Positions 1 through 8,790 of a stretch of DNA of 29,656 bases are shown piece by piece. The notes beneath the pieces are model-generated. The model searched no databases and had not been told where the DNA came from. It saw only the letters and a program-made list of their open reading frames with translations. Within the stretch, counting starts at the first letter, position 1. Each line of letters opens with the position of its first letter. The stretch is from Candidatus Poseidoniaceae archaeon (lineage in GTDB: Archaea > Thermoplasmatota > Poseidoniia > Poseidoniales > Poseidoniaceae): positions 1 to 29,656 of the forward strand of contig CBFIJH010000018.1 in NCBI GenBank assembly GCA_965662895.1. Reading direction: 5' to 3'. The translations under genes and the position numbers were made by a program.

Positions 1-354
1 CACAGTTTCCTGCAGTGTGAAGTTTTCGCGCCTGCTGCACCCCGTAGGGTCTGGATTCGTGTCTCAGAATCCATCTCCGGGCTATGTCTCCCAACACCCG
101 TACGCGTCGATGGCTAGGAGGTCCATTACACCCCCTACGACCTGATACGCCGCAGACCCATCCTATCTTCACCCACAAACCGTTCCAGGCATTGTGGGTT
201 ATCCGGTATTGTTCTCAGTTTCCCGAGGTTATTCCAGGCAATAGGGCAGGTTATCCACGTGTTACTGAGCAGTATGCCGAGCTCCGAAAGCTCGCGACTC
301 GCATGGCTTAATCGAACTCCAAAAGCGGTCGCCTCTGGCAGGATCAACCAGATT
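1..354 (-). rRNA. rrs: 16S rRNA, archaeal, 5' portion (runs off window start)
   Basis: Minus strand reads AATCTGGTTGATCCTGCCAGAGG...TAAGCCATGCGAGTC...CTCAGTAACACGTGGATAACCTGCCC...CCTACGGGTGCAGCAGGCGCGAAAAC, the conserved archaeal 16S 5' motifs. Confidence 0.98.
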
Positions 355-600
355 TCTCGTGTTTTGATCCCTAGAGTTTTAATCGCAATTTATTCGCTGT
401 CCTAAATTTCTTGGCGAGGTTATGAGCACTATCTCTTGCACAACAAAAAATACGTCATAATCTCAAATCACCTACCTGACCCTGAGCGAGCTCCGTCCCG
501 GAGGTTTCTCAGAATCGCATGTGCTTCGGCTGTCGTCGTTGGGTGATGGAAACCTTCACCGTCCGAGGACTCGGGTCCCAACGCCGTTCCCAACGACGCA
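355..600 (-). other. rRNA external leader / processing region, structured
   Basis: Non-coding region upstream of the 16S with inverted repeats: 534-543/589-598 (10 bp perfect) and 416-425/455-464 (9/10). Confidence 0.55.
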
Positions 601-617
601 AGCAACTCACCCACTCA

Positions 618-633
618 CCCCCCCTATATCAAG
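618..633 (-). promoter_or_regulatory. putative TATA box of the 16S rRNA promoter
   Basis: Minus strand TTGATATAGGGGGGG just upstream of the structured leader; the same ATATAGGGG core occurs upstream of rpl3. Confidence 0.45.
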
Positions 634-745
634 ATACCCGACCGTAAACGGCCCGAAAATCGCCCACTGCGAGCCAATCAAGCAGTTTAGTTGCCCTCGG
701 AGTCATTGGACGTCCAAAACGCATCCAATTGTACAGAATCAGGCC

Positions 746-766
746 ATAGGCAAGGATGTTGCCTAT
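746..766 (-). terminator. hairpin downstream of secY (possible terminator or processing site)
   Basis: ATAGGCAA-GGATG-TTGCCTAT, a perfect 8-bp stem 13 nt past the secY stop. Confidence 0.35.
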
Positions 767-779
767 TTCAAATGGAAGC

Positions 780-2720
780 CTACTCAGCACCGAAGAATTG
801 TCGCAGCATTGGATGCATTTCCATAGCTTGTTCCTTCTGGATTTGCTCGTAGGTACGTAGAATGATACCAACAGCCAGCAAGAGACCTGTACCGGTCGCA
901 TTACCAACCGTACCGAGCAGATCTGCACCTGCAGCAAGTAGTCCTACAAACGCACCGGAGAAGTACGTAACCGGTGGGATGTAATTCTCGAGAATCTTCT
1001 CCAAAACCTTTGGATTCTTACGGAAACCGGGAATCTGCATGCCTGTTCGCTCGATTTGCTTTGCTACATCCTTCGTACCCATGTTCGTGGTATCAATCCA
1101 GAACTTTGCAAAGACCATTGAACCGACCGTCATCAAGACCACATAGAAAACGACGTGGAGCATGATCTGTCCAAGACTGTGACCAAACATGTCCGATTGT
1201 TGATTCAGTAATGGAATCAACCAGTCGTTCACACCCGCTGGCATGGATGCATACCAGGCAAAACCACCCGATGCTGCCGTTTGGCCGGGCTCATACGTCC
1301 CGATATAATCCGACATGGAGAACCACCCCTGCCGCCCTAATATCGGCGTCTGTGACATCGTTGGATGACTCCAGAACAGAAGCGAGAACATGTTGACGTT
1401 TGCAAGCAAAGCAGCCATCAAAATAACCGGAATGTTGGACGCATAAACCAACCGAATTGGATACTTTCCTCGGTGACCACGAACCTTACCGTGGGTTAAT
1501 GGCAATTCGAGTTTACTCGATTCTGCGTAAGCAACCACGAGGAACACAATGATACTCGAGACCAACGCGATGACAGCATTCGGATGCGTCGCGTCACCTA
1601 GCAGAATCATTTCGAACCCATTGAGTGATATCATCTCACCATTCGTCGCCGTTCTGAACATGTAGAAAATCATCGGAAGCGTTCCAGCAGGTGGGTTTTG
1701 TACGGAGTAAGCCATACCTGCAGTAGTTGGGAGCGGTGAGAGTGTACCAACGAATGTCGATTGGGCAACACCTGCTGCGATAAACAGCGACATACCGGAA
1801 CCAATACCCCACTTGCTGACGAGCTCATCGAGCAAGAACACGAGGTACGATCCAGCGAAGAGTTGCGCAACGATGACAAAGTTTGCCCAACCAAGTCCAT
1901 ATTCGTCGATTAGGAACTCAGAAGGATCGAGGAAACCGTAGGTCTGTGGAATGGACTCGATTGGAATCATGATGAGAACCAGGAGTTTCTGAACCCCCTG
2001 ATACATCGCTTTGTCTTCGCTGTTGGTCAAATCAAGACGAATAATCTTGGCACCTGCGAACAATTGCATGATAATGGAACCCGTAACGATTGGACCGATA
2101 CCCAAGTGCATGATGGTACCTGAAGCACCAGCCATAATCGAACGGAATCCACTGAACAAGTCCATGGCTTGTCCGCTCAGTCCGTAGAGCATGACGTTGG
2201 TCATAGCGAAATAAATGATAAGAACGAAGGTTGTGGTCCACATCTTTTCACCAAACCGAACGTGACGGTCGGGCTTGGTGATGGCAGGATAAACATCGAC
2301 GAATCTGCTAAGAGCGTACAATCGACTGCTTTGGTCACCGCTCCACATGAAACATGTGAGAATGGCTGCTGCTCCAAAACCAAGGAGAAGGACACCAACG
2401 AGAAGGAAGCCAACCGCTTCATCGTAACCGCCCCATTTCTCCGGACGACAATACCATACTGCGATAAAGACGAAAATCAACCAACCGTAGAGTTTCGCAT
2501 AGCGGCCAATGATCGGAAGTTGCTTCATCGAAGCAGGAAGATCTCGCTGGAAACAGGCCATGACATAGGCTACGTGAGCAACTGCGAGAACTATACCGAA
2601 AATGGCTGCATCTCGTGCTGCTCCAGTGCCGGAAAGTTCATCCCACTGCCAGTAAAAGAGGAGACCAAAATAAATGACACCCGTAAGAACAACACCGATT
2701 GGTACTGGCTTGTGTTTCAT
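780..2720 (-). CDS. secY: preprotein translocase SecY (Sec61alpha) with N-terminal multi-TM extension
   Basis: Motifs FGEKMWT, GTIMHLGIGPIVTGSIIMQL, LLDELVSKWGIGSGMSLFIAAG, YPIRLVYASNIPVIL, GTGLLLAVGI; follows L15; SD GGAGGT before ATG. Confidence 0.97.
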   Translation of the reverse strand: MKHKPVPIGVVLTGVIYFGLLFYWQWDELSGTGAARDAAIFGIVLAVAHVAYVMACFQRDLPASMKQLPIIGRYAKLYGWLIFVFIAVWYCRPEKWGGYDEAVGFLLVGVLLLGFGAAAILTCFMWSGDQSSRLYALSRFVDVYPAITKPDRHVRFGEKMWTTTFVLIIYFAMTNVMLYGLSGQAMDLFSGFRSIMAGASGTIMHLGIGPIVTGSIIMQLFAGAKIIRLDLTNSEDKAMYQGVQKLLVLIMIPIESIPQTYGFLDPSEFLIDEYGLGWANFVIVAQLFAGSYLVFLLDELVSKWGIGSGMSLFIAAGVAQSTFVGTLSPLPTTAGMAYSVQNPPAGTLPMIFYMFRTATNGEMISLNGFEMILLGDATHPNAVIALVSSIIVFLVVAYAESSKLELPLTHGKVRGHRGKYPIRLVYASNIPVILMAALLANVNMFSLLFWSHPTMSQTPILGRQGWFSMSDYIGTYEPGQTAASGGFAWYASMPAGVNDWLIPLLNQQSDMFGHSLGQIMLHVVFYVVLMTVGSMVFAKFWIDTTNMGTKDVAKQIERTGMQIPGFRKNPKVLEKILENYIPPVTYFSGAFVGLLAAGADLLGTVGNATGTGLLLAVGIILRTYEQIQKEQAMEMHPMLRQFFGAE

Positions 2721-2735
2721 TCAGAGACCTCCTTT

Positions 2736-3161
2736 TCACTCTTCTTCCCATTCGTCCCATTCATCACCGTCGTTGAGATTGACGGATCCGCCTGCAGCTT
2801 CGACCTTTCGAATGGCCGTGGCGCTGGCGTGGGCGACTGTAATGTTGATGGCAGCGTTGATTCGACCAGATCCGAGGAGCTTATCGATTCCAAGTTCTCC
2901 AAGATTGATCTTATCTTTTCCTTCTACCATACCTTCGAGTTGGCTGACGTTGCAGGTCACGTGTACGTTACGTAGGGTTGGATGACGGTTGAAACCGTGC
3001 ATACCCCAGTGACCTGGCATGTACTTAATTCGAGTCATGACACGATGCTTGTTCATACCTGCATTTCCACGGCCTCCGCGCTTTCCTGCGCCACGACCGG
3101 CTTTCTTTCCACGACCATGGTATCGGTTTCGTCCACGGTGCTTGTTTGCTTTTGTACCCAT
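2736..3161 (-). CDS. rpl15: 50S ribosomal protein uL15
   Basis: RGRNRYHGRG..GRGAGKRGGRGNAG, KLLGSG, KVEAAGGSV; operon position; start could be 3164. Confidence 0.96.
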   Translation of the reverse strand: MGTKANKHRGRNRYHGRGKKAGRGAGKRGGRGNAGMNKHRVMTRIKYMPGHWGMHGFNRHPTLRNVHVTCNVSQLEGMVEGKDKINLGELGIDKLLGSGRINAAINITVAHASATAIRKVEAAGGSVNLNDGDEWDEWEEE

Positions 3162-3170
3162 CATATCACC

Positions 3171-3641
3171 TCAAATCATTCGCTCTACGAGCGCCTTGAT
3201 ATCATCGCCTCGGGAACCGAGTGCGCCACCTACAACGTAGGATCGCTTGATTCCACCCCATCCCTTTGACCCTCGTGGAGGGTGCAAACGGAAGACGCGC
3301 TTCAAACCTGGAACATCTTTGACGGTTGCCTCATCGTTGACGATTGCCTTTGCAAAGTCTGCAATGGTCTTGTAATCGGTTGCTTCATCAACAATCGCAT
3401 CGGTCAATGGAGCATCACCTGCCATTCGTCCACGCTCGGAGAGCATGGATTGAACAGTAGCAAGATCGGCCTTGCCCCACGTGATGTAGTCTTTCGCCTT
3501 GCGAAGCATTCCAAGATATTGATCGTTTTCTGGAATGATGACCGCATGGTTGACCTTGGTCAGGTTGAGATAAGACATTGTCTCGCGAATGGTTCGCTCG
3601 ACACCAACGTTGCTTCGTGCTCGAACAACGATGTAACTCAC
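3171..3641 (-). CDS. rpl30: 50S ribosomal protein uL30 (archaeal long form)
   Basis: GMLRKAKDYITWG, VFRLHPPRG..GIKRSY..GGALG; GTG start overlapping the S5 stop. Confidence 0.96.
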   Translation of the reverse strand: MSYIVVRARSNVGVERTIRETMSYLNLTKVNHAVIIPENDQYLGMLRKAKDYITWGKADLATVQSMLSERGRMAGDAPLTDAIVDEATDYKTIADFAKAIVNDEATVKDVPGLKRVFRLHPPRGSKGWGGIKRSYVVGGALGSRGDDIKALVERMI

Positions 3642-4411
3642 TTCAGAACCCTCCCTGTGTTGATGAACAAACGTTCTCGTTGTTCGTTGCTAATGCGAGT
3701 TGAATTTAATGTTTTGAGAGCATTAAAGGTCGCAGCGGCATAATTGATGGTGGTTCGAGTCTGACCCTTGGTTCGTGAAAGGACGTCAGTAATTCCAGCG
3801 AGTTCGAGGACCTTCTTTCCAGTTTCTCCGATAACAAGTCCCTTCCCTTTCGCAGCAGGCATGAGTGTTACACGTGTCGACGCTGATCGGCCATTGACCT
3901 TAATTGGAACAGACGTACCCGGTCCTGCAGATGATTCCCACGAGCCGTTACCTCTCTGAACACTGATCAGGTTAAGTTTCGCTGCAGCAATCGCCTTCTG
4001 GATTGCGTTGGAAACTTCCTTCGCTTTTGCCATTGCAAGACCAACGTAGCCGTTGCGGTTTCCGACACATGCCATAACATTGAATCGAACACGACGACCA
4101 CTGTCTGTCATTCGCTGAACCATGTTCACGTTGATGATTTCATCTTCGAGTTCTGGCAGCAGTGCATCGATAATTTCGACTTCTCGAATTGGAAGTCCGG
4201 TTGCAAGTGCTGCTTCGTAAGTTACGATAAGACCGGCATAGACCATGTTGCCAAGTCGGGTGCGTGGTGTCCAGTTACGTAGATTGTTGATCGCATCGGA
4301 TTGAGCACTACGACGTCGTCGTCGCCCTCCAGTTTCTTCAGCTTCTTGTGGAGCGTAGGCAAGTATCATTCCTGGTGCTTGGTTAACTTCAGTGGTTTCT
4401 TCTTCTGTCAT
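3638..4411 (-). CDS. rps5: 30S ribosomal protein uS5
   Basis: WTPRTRLG, VQRMTDSGRRVRF, RGNGSWE, GQTRTTINYA. Confidence 0.97.
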   Translation of the reverse strand: MTEEETTEVNQAPGMILAYAPQEAEETGGRRRRRSAQSDAINNLRNWTPRTRLGNMVYAGLIVTYEAALATGLPIREVEIIDALLPELEDEIINVNMVQRMTDSGRRVRFNVMACVGNRNGYVGLAMAKAKEVSNAIQKAIAAAKLNLISVQRGNGSWESSAGPGTSVPIKVNGRSASTRVTLMPAAKGKGLVIGETGKKVLELAGITDVLSRTKGQTRTTINYAAATFNALKTLNSTRISNEQRERLFINTGRVLK

Positions 4412-4920
4412 CAGTAGGCCCCCTCGATGGATGCTTTTGTTGTTTCAATAGCGTTCGCAACGGCTTCATCAATGTGCGCTCCGTTGATTCGATCGTCATC
4501 AGGAAGAATCTCTTCGCTGTGTGGTACGTTAAGACCCGCTTCGACCATACCACGAAGTGCCGCAAAGACACGACTTCCCGGCGTACTTGCAGCAAGTCCG
4601 ATGTCGAGAACTGCGTCTTCATGACCAGCAGCAATCGCTGCCTTACCGAGCGCATATCCAACAAGATACGATGCTGGCACGGATTTCTTGGACATCTTGT
4701 CCGGCCACGAGAATTTCTTGACCAGATCGTTTCCAGTGACGTTGAGAGCAACTTTGTCACCTTCAACCGCCCACGTGACCAGTTGGCAGGATGTGCGAGT
4801 GTTGGAAACACGAACGACTGCGCGAGGTTGTTCACTTCGCAAAAGTCGAAGACGTCGGCGGTAATCCGTAAGTCCAGCTTTACGTCGTCGTAGAACAGAG
4901 CGTTGTCGATTTCCTCGCAT
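4411..4920 (-). CDS. rpl18: 50S ribosomal protein uL18
   Basis: RRRKAGLTDYRRRLRLL, AVLDIGL, RVFAALRG..EAGLNVPH. Confidence 0.96.
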   Translation of the reverse strand: MRGNRQRSVLRRRKAGLTDYRRRLRLLRSEQPRAVVRVSNTRTSCQLVTWAVEGDKVALNVTGNDLVKKFSWPDKMSKKSVPASYLVGYALGKAAIAAGHEDAVLDIGLAASTPGSRVFAALRGMVEAGLNVPHSEEILPDDDRINGAHIDEAVANAIETTKASIEGAY

Positions 4921-5381
4921 CAGTTGTCACCTTCCTTGAGTTCAACGCCTTCGAGCGTCATTTGTGAGCGCATGTGCGCAATGGAACGGTAGGAACCACC
5001 CTTTGCCTTGAGGTAGTAGCGTCGGTATTGCGATGGCGTAATTTCATCAGCCTCACGCAGTTCCTTGAGCGCACGTCGCTGAGAGCGAATTGTACGCATC
5101 CAACGGTTCTTGCGAGGGTTTCGAGCATTCGCACTACCCATTCGCTTCCCTTGTCCTTTTTGTCGACCCTTTTGTCGTTGTTCTTGACGAACTCGGGCAC
5201 GAACACGAGATGTTCCTTTGACAGCCTTTGCACGAATGAGACCTTCTTCGATGAATTCTCGAATATCATCGGCTTGAACAGATGAAGCAACTTCATCGAT
5301 GTAATCAGGATTGATCCATACACGGTTTTCACCGCACTTGAGAATCTTTGCGGCGAGGCGCTTTTGGTTTGTGAGTTGCAT
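4920..5381 (-). CDS. rpl19e: 50S ribosomal protein eL19
   Basis: QKRLAAKILKCGENRVWINP, WMRTIRSQRRALKELR, YYLKAKGG. Confidence 0.97.
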   Translation of the reverse strand: MQLTNQKRLAAKILKCGENRVWINPDYIDEVASSVQADDIREFIEEGLIRAKAVKGTSRVRARVRQEQRQKGRQKGQGKRMGSANARNPRKNRWMRTIRSQRRALKELREADEITPSQYRRYYLKAKGGSYRSIAHMRSQMTLEGVELKEGDN

Positions 5382-6028
5382 CAGACATTCCTCCTTCGGT
5401 TCAAAACACGAATACCTAACTCGTCGGCACGTGCGTGAATGTTCTCACGCTTGCGACCACCAACGGTTCGTCCAACGCGAGCAGCTTGTGTCTCAGGATC
5501 GATGGTTTCCAAATCGTTGAGATTGTGGACCATCACTTCTTGGAACCCACTCGGATGAAGACCACGAGCGGCTGCAACTTTGCCATGACCGACGCGCACA
5601 AGAGAGCCTCGGTACTTGAAATTGCGACGTTGTTTGTTGTCCATTCCATGAGGAGCACGCCATCCAGAGCGAGACAATCGCTTGTATCGGAACCATTCCG
5701 TTCGTCGGAAGGATGGTGTCTTCTTCTTTTGAGCAGCACGTAGAGCGAGTGCTTCTTGCGTTGCTTCATCGAGGACAGGCTTCTGCTTTGCAACATGCCC
5801 TTCATCTTCGTCATCATCCCAGTCATCATCATCGTCAAAGAAATCGTCACCCTCTTCCTCTGCATCGAACGATGCTTCGACTTCATCCGAAGGCGCCGCA
5901 TCTTCTTGCTCGGATGCATCAACGAGACGCTGAATGAGGTCAGCTTTCTTTCCTGAAACAGGGAGCCCTTGCTCCTTCAGCAACTCCTTGAGTTGTGCTA
6001 CAGTCATACTTTCATAGTCGTCTGTCAT
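5381..6028 (-). CDS. rpl32e: 50S ribosomal protein eL32 with N-terminal SAP domain and acidic linker
   Basis: C-terminal FRRTEWFRYKRL..WRAPHGMDNKQR, RGLHPSGFQEVMVHN, LGIRVLN; N-terminal MTVAQLKELLKEQGLPVSGKKADLIQRL. Confidence 0.95.
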   Translation of the reverse strand: MTDDYESMTVAQLKELLKEQGLPVSGKKADLIQRLVDASEQEDAAPSDEVEASFDAEEEGDDFFDDDDDWDDDEDEGHVAKQKPVLDEATQEALALRAAQKKKTPSFRRTEWFRYKRLSRSGWRAPHGMDNKQRRNFKYRGSLVRVGHGKVAAARGLHPSGFQEVMVHNLNDLETIDPETQAARVGRTVGGRKRENIHARADELGIRVLNRRRNV

Positions 6029-6033
6029 CTTTA

Positions 6034-6576
6034 TCACTCCTTACTGAGACGGTAAATCCCGTCTTGGAAAACACGTCGATCTCGCTTCTTGACCGTCGTA
6101 CAGCGTTCAATGTTTGCAGCTGTTTGGCCGACAAGTTCCTTATCGATTCCTGAGACAGTAATCTCAACCTTGTTCGTGACCTTTACGTCAACACCAGGAA
6201 GGATTTCTGCAGAACGAGGAACCTTCTCGCCGAAGTAATTGTTGACAATAAAGTTCTGTCCTTGTACAGCCATTGTCATAGGGAAGTGAGAATAGAAGGC
6301 TTTGAGGTGGTACGTGAAACCATCGGTCACACCTTTGACCATGTTGTTGAGGTGAGCATTCCAAGTTCCTGCAAGCGCCTTATCCTTTCGGCGAGGCAAA
6401 TCGGTTCGTACGAGAAGACCTCCTCCATCTTGAAGAATGTCAACCCGAGAGGATTCAAAGGTTCGCGAGAGAGACCCGTTTGGTCCTGCGATGGTGACGA
6501 CGCCATCTTCGCTGATTGTGGCAGTAACGCCTTCAGGGATGGTTACGTTGTGTTCGATTCTGTCGATTTTTACCAT
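6034..6576 (-). CDS. rpl6: 50S ribosomal protein uL6
   Basis: GPNGSL, NMVKGVTDGF, YSHFPM, VGQTAANIE, DRRVFQDGIY; start moved to MVKID after SD GAGGTG. Confidence 0.97.
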   Translation of the reverse strand: MVKIDRIEHNVTIPEGVTATISEDGVVTIAGPNGSLSRTFESSRVDILQDGGGLLVRTDLPRRKDKALAGTWNAHLNNMVKGVTDGFTYHLKAFYSHFPMTMAVQGQNFIVNNYFGEKVPRSAEILPGVDVKVTNKVEITVSGIDKELVGQTAANIERCTTVKKRDRRVFQDGIYRLSKE

Positions 6577-6586
6577 GCTTTTCACC

Positions 6587-6976
6587 TCAATATACGTAGG
6601 CAAGCAACTTGCCACCGATGCGGGCGTCCTTCGCATCGTAATGGTTCATGACGCCGGAGTTGGTCGTCAGAATGAGAAGACCAAAGTCCTGAGCAGGGAG
6701 ATACCGGGTCTCCCACTTTTCGAATTCTTGGCGGCGAACACTGTGTCGGGGCTTAACCGTACCACATCGATTGATGGTACCGCGAAGTTGGACAAGGTAA
6801 GCGTCACCTCGGCCGTTCTCAACACGATCGTATTCTCCGATGTATCCAGAAGTTTGCATAATGCTGAGAACGTTCCCAAGTAATTTTGAAGCTGGGGCTA
6901 ATTCAACATCGAATTTTCCAGCTTGTTCTGCGTTGTAAATCTTGACGAGTGCGTCGTTTAATGGATCAAATTGCAT
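6587..6976 (-). CDS. rps8: 30S ribosomal protein uS8
   Basis: DPLNDAL, PASKLLGNVL.IMQ..GYIGE, YLPAQDFGLLILTT, IGGKLLAYVY. Confidence 0.97.
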   Translation of the reverse strand: MQFDPLNDALVKIYNAEQAGKFDVELAPASKLLGNVLSIMQTSGYIGEYDRVENGRGDAYLVQLRGTINRCGTVKPRHSVRRQEFEKWETRYLPAQDFGLLILTTNSGVMNHYDAKDARIGGKLLAYVY

Positions 6977-6987
6977 TCATAATCACC

Positions 6988-7140
6988 TCAGCTCATCTTT
7001 TTGAATCCGATTTCAGGTCCAACATCGCGGAAGCACTGACGGCACAGGCGTAGCCCATGTCGTCGAATCATTCCACGTCGTCGCCCACATCGGCGGCATC
7101 CAATCGTTCGTCCCATGTATTCTCCATGATCTCGTGCCAT
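6988..7140 (-). CDS. rps14: 30S ribosomal protein uS14 (zinc-binding type); too short for the ORF track
   Basis: Manual translation [50 protein letters not shown] (50 aa), CxxC...LCRQCFR..GFKK, between L5 and S8. Confidence 0.95.
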   Translation of the reverse strand: MARDHGEYMGRTIGCRRCGRRRGMIRRHGLRLCRQCFRDVGPEIGFKKMS

Positions 7141-7142
7141 CT

Positions 7143-7670
7143 TCATTCCTCCATGATTTTAATTCCAAAGTTCGACTTGAACCATTCCATCGATTCTTCT
7201 CGAGAAACGCCGTGGCCCTTGCCTACCTTGCTTTTTGCCTTTCGACGTCGGCTGATACGGTGACCTGGTCGTTCGAGGACGACGTTGATGTCCATTCCGT
7301 AAATACCGATGTCTGGATCGTATTTTTGCTCTGGGAAATCGGTGTAATCTCGAATTCCAAAAGAGAGGTTTCCTTGAGCGTCGAAATTCCAACTTGGGAT
7401 GGTGTTATCACGTACCCAGAATGCATTGGTCAAGAATTCCTTGATTGCATCTTGGTCACGCATAGTAGAACGGCATCCAATTGGTGCACCTTCACGTACC
7501 TTGAGGTCACGGTTCTGGATTTTACCAAGTGTTCGCTGTGGGCGTACGCCAGTGACGATTTCGAGAACGTTCTCAGCGTTGACCAATCGGTCACCACCTT
7601 CGCCAACACCGATGTTGACGCAAACCTTTGTGATGCGTGGAACGCTCATTGGATTGACTGTTTCACTCAA
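7143..7670 (-). CDS. rpl5: 50S ribosomal protein uL5
   Basis: [46 protein letters not shown]. Confidence 0.97.
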   Translation of the reverse strand: MSETVNPMSVPRITKVCVNIGVGEGGDRLVNAENVLEIVTGVRPQRTLGKIQNRDLKVREGAPIGCRSTMRDQDAIKEFLTNAFWVRDNTIPSWNFDAQGNLSFGIRDYTDFPEQKYDPDIGIYGMDINVVLERPGHRISRRRKAKSKVGKGHGVSREESMEWFKSNFGIKIMEE

Positions 7671-8368
7671 GCCTTCACCTCCATAACTGGAATGCTCGCA
7701 TCACCAACGGCGAAAACATTGATTTCTGTTGTACCGAAGTCTTCGAACGTAACTTCGTTCGGCATGCTTGAACGCTTGACAATGCGTTCCTTCATCGATG
7801 CCATTTCACCGACGTGGGTACCTCCAACAAGATAGCATCGAACGCCCTCAACAAAGGCGATGTGTTCGAGCACTTCTTGGTCAGGAAGGGAGATCTTGAG
7901 TGAATCGCCCGTGCTGTATTGAGTCGCATCATCGACAATGACGTTGCGTCCGTCGTGGAGATTGAGTTGAGTTTTTCCACCCTTGAGTGTCGTCTTGCCT
8001 TCGATTCGTGCAATCTTCCATTGAGCCTCCTCGGCTGAAATCTTGACGTATCGCAGGCGACCGTTCGCATCAAGCATGCATCGGAAGTGTTCCTCGCTTA
8101 GTGTGAGAACGTCCATTAGACCAACACCTCGTCGGGTATCCTTGCAAATCCGTCCATCGACCTTGATCAATTCGTTGTGAACAATAAATCGAACTTCACG
8201 AGCGCTTTGTGCACGTCCAAGGACGTCACGAACGATAAGGTTGAGAGGCATACATCGCTCAAGCGAATGTCCGCCAGGGCTTGGGCGTGTAACCCAAATT
8301 GTGGTCTTTCGTGGAAGAGGCCAACTTCGTGGCATGGCCAAACGCTTCAAATGACTGCTACTACCCAT
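7667..8368 (-). CDS. rps4e: 30S ribosomal protein eS4
   Basis: HLKRLAMPRSWPL, VDGRI, VGLMDV, GGKTQLNLHDGRN; start at MGSSSH (8368) or 8377. Confidence 0.96.
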   Translation of the reverse strand: MGSSSHLKRLAMPRSWPLPRKTTIWVTRPSPGGHSLERCMPLNLIVRDVLGRAQSAREVRFIVHNELIKVDGRICKDTRRGVGLMDVLTLSEEHFRCMLDANGRLRYVKISAEEAQWKIARIEGKTTLKGGKTQLNLHDGRNVIVDDATQYSTGDSLKISLPDQEVLEHIAFVEGVRCYLVGGTHVGEMASMKERIVKRSSMPNEVTFEDFGTTEINVFAVGDASIPVMEVKA

Positions 8369-8373
8369 GTTCT

Positions 8374-8781
8374 TCAACTCCTATCCTCGGTCAATTTTTG
8401 CATTCGCAATTTGTCAGTTTCGTCAAGTTTCGTGATGACGACATTCGAGGCGTGGACCGGAACTGCCTCTTCTCTGTTGTCTGACTTGGATTGTTTTGCT
8501 CCTTCGATAAGGATGCGACCATTGTTGGCATCGATACCAATCACTGGACCTGTGAGTGGCTCAGCCTTTCGCTTTCCGCCATGACGTTTTCCGCCATGCG
8601 AGAAATCGCCACGGATGACGCGAACTGTATCGCCAGCGCGAACGGTGACCGATCGCACACCTGCAAACCGCTCATCGGGCTTGTCGAGTTGCAATCGAGC
8701 TGTGACCCGCTTGCGCTTGGTATGCATGGAGGCATTGTACTGAGCCTTTCGTTGCTTTCCTGGTTTTCTTGACTTGACCAT
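8374..8781 (-). CDS. rpl24: 50S ribosomal protein uL24
   Basis: SRKPGKQRKAQYNA, VRAGDTVRVIRGD (KOW), PVHASNVVITKL. Confidence 0.95.
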   Translation of the reverse strand: MVKSRKPGKQRKAQYNASMHTKRKRVTARLQLDKPDERFAGVRSVTVRAGDTVRVIRGDFSHGGKRHGGKRKAEPLTGPVIGIDANNGRILIEGAKQSKSDNREEAVPVHASNVVITKLDETDKLRMQKLTEDRS

Positions 8782-8790
8782 TTTTTCACC

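Noticed and set aside
84-347. ORFs of 75 aa (+) and 70 aa (-)
   Set aside because: They lie within the 16S rRNA gene and are spurious
521-937. ORFs of 101 aa (+) and 102 aa (-) in the secY-16S spacer
   Set aside because: They overlap secY and the rRNA leader/promoter, with no SD or recognisable motif
2169-2975. 268-aa + strand ORF and other long antisense ORFs (7134-7835, 14249-14923, 11064-11633)
   Set aside because: Antisense shadows of conserved minus-strand genes with no motifs
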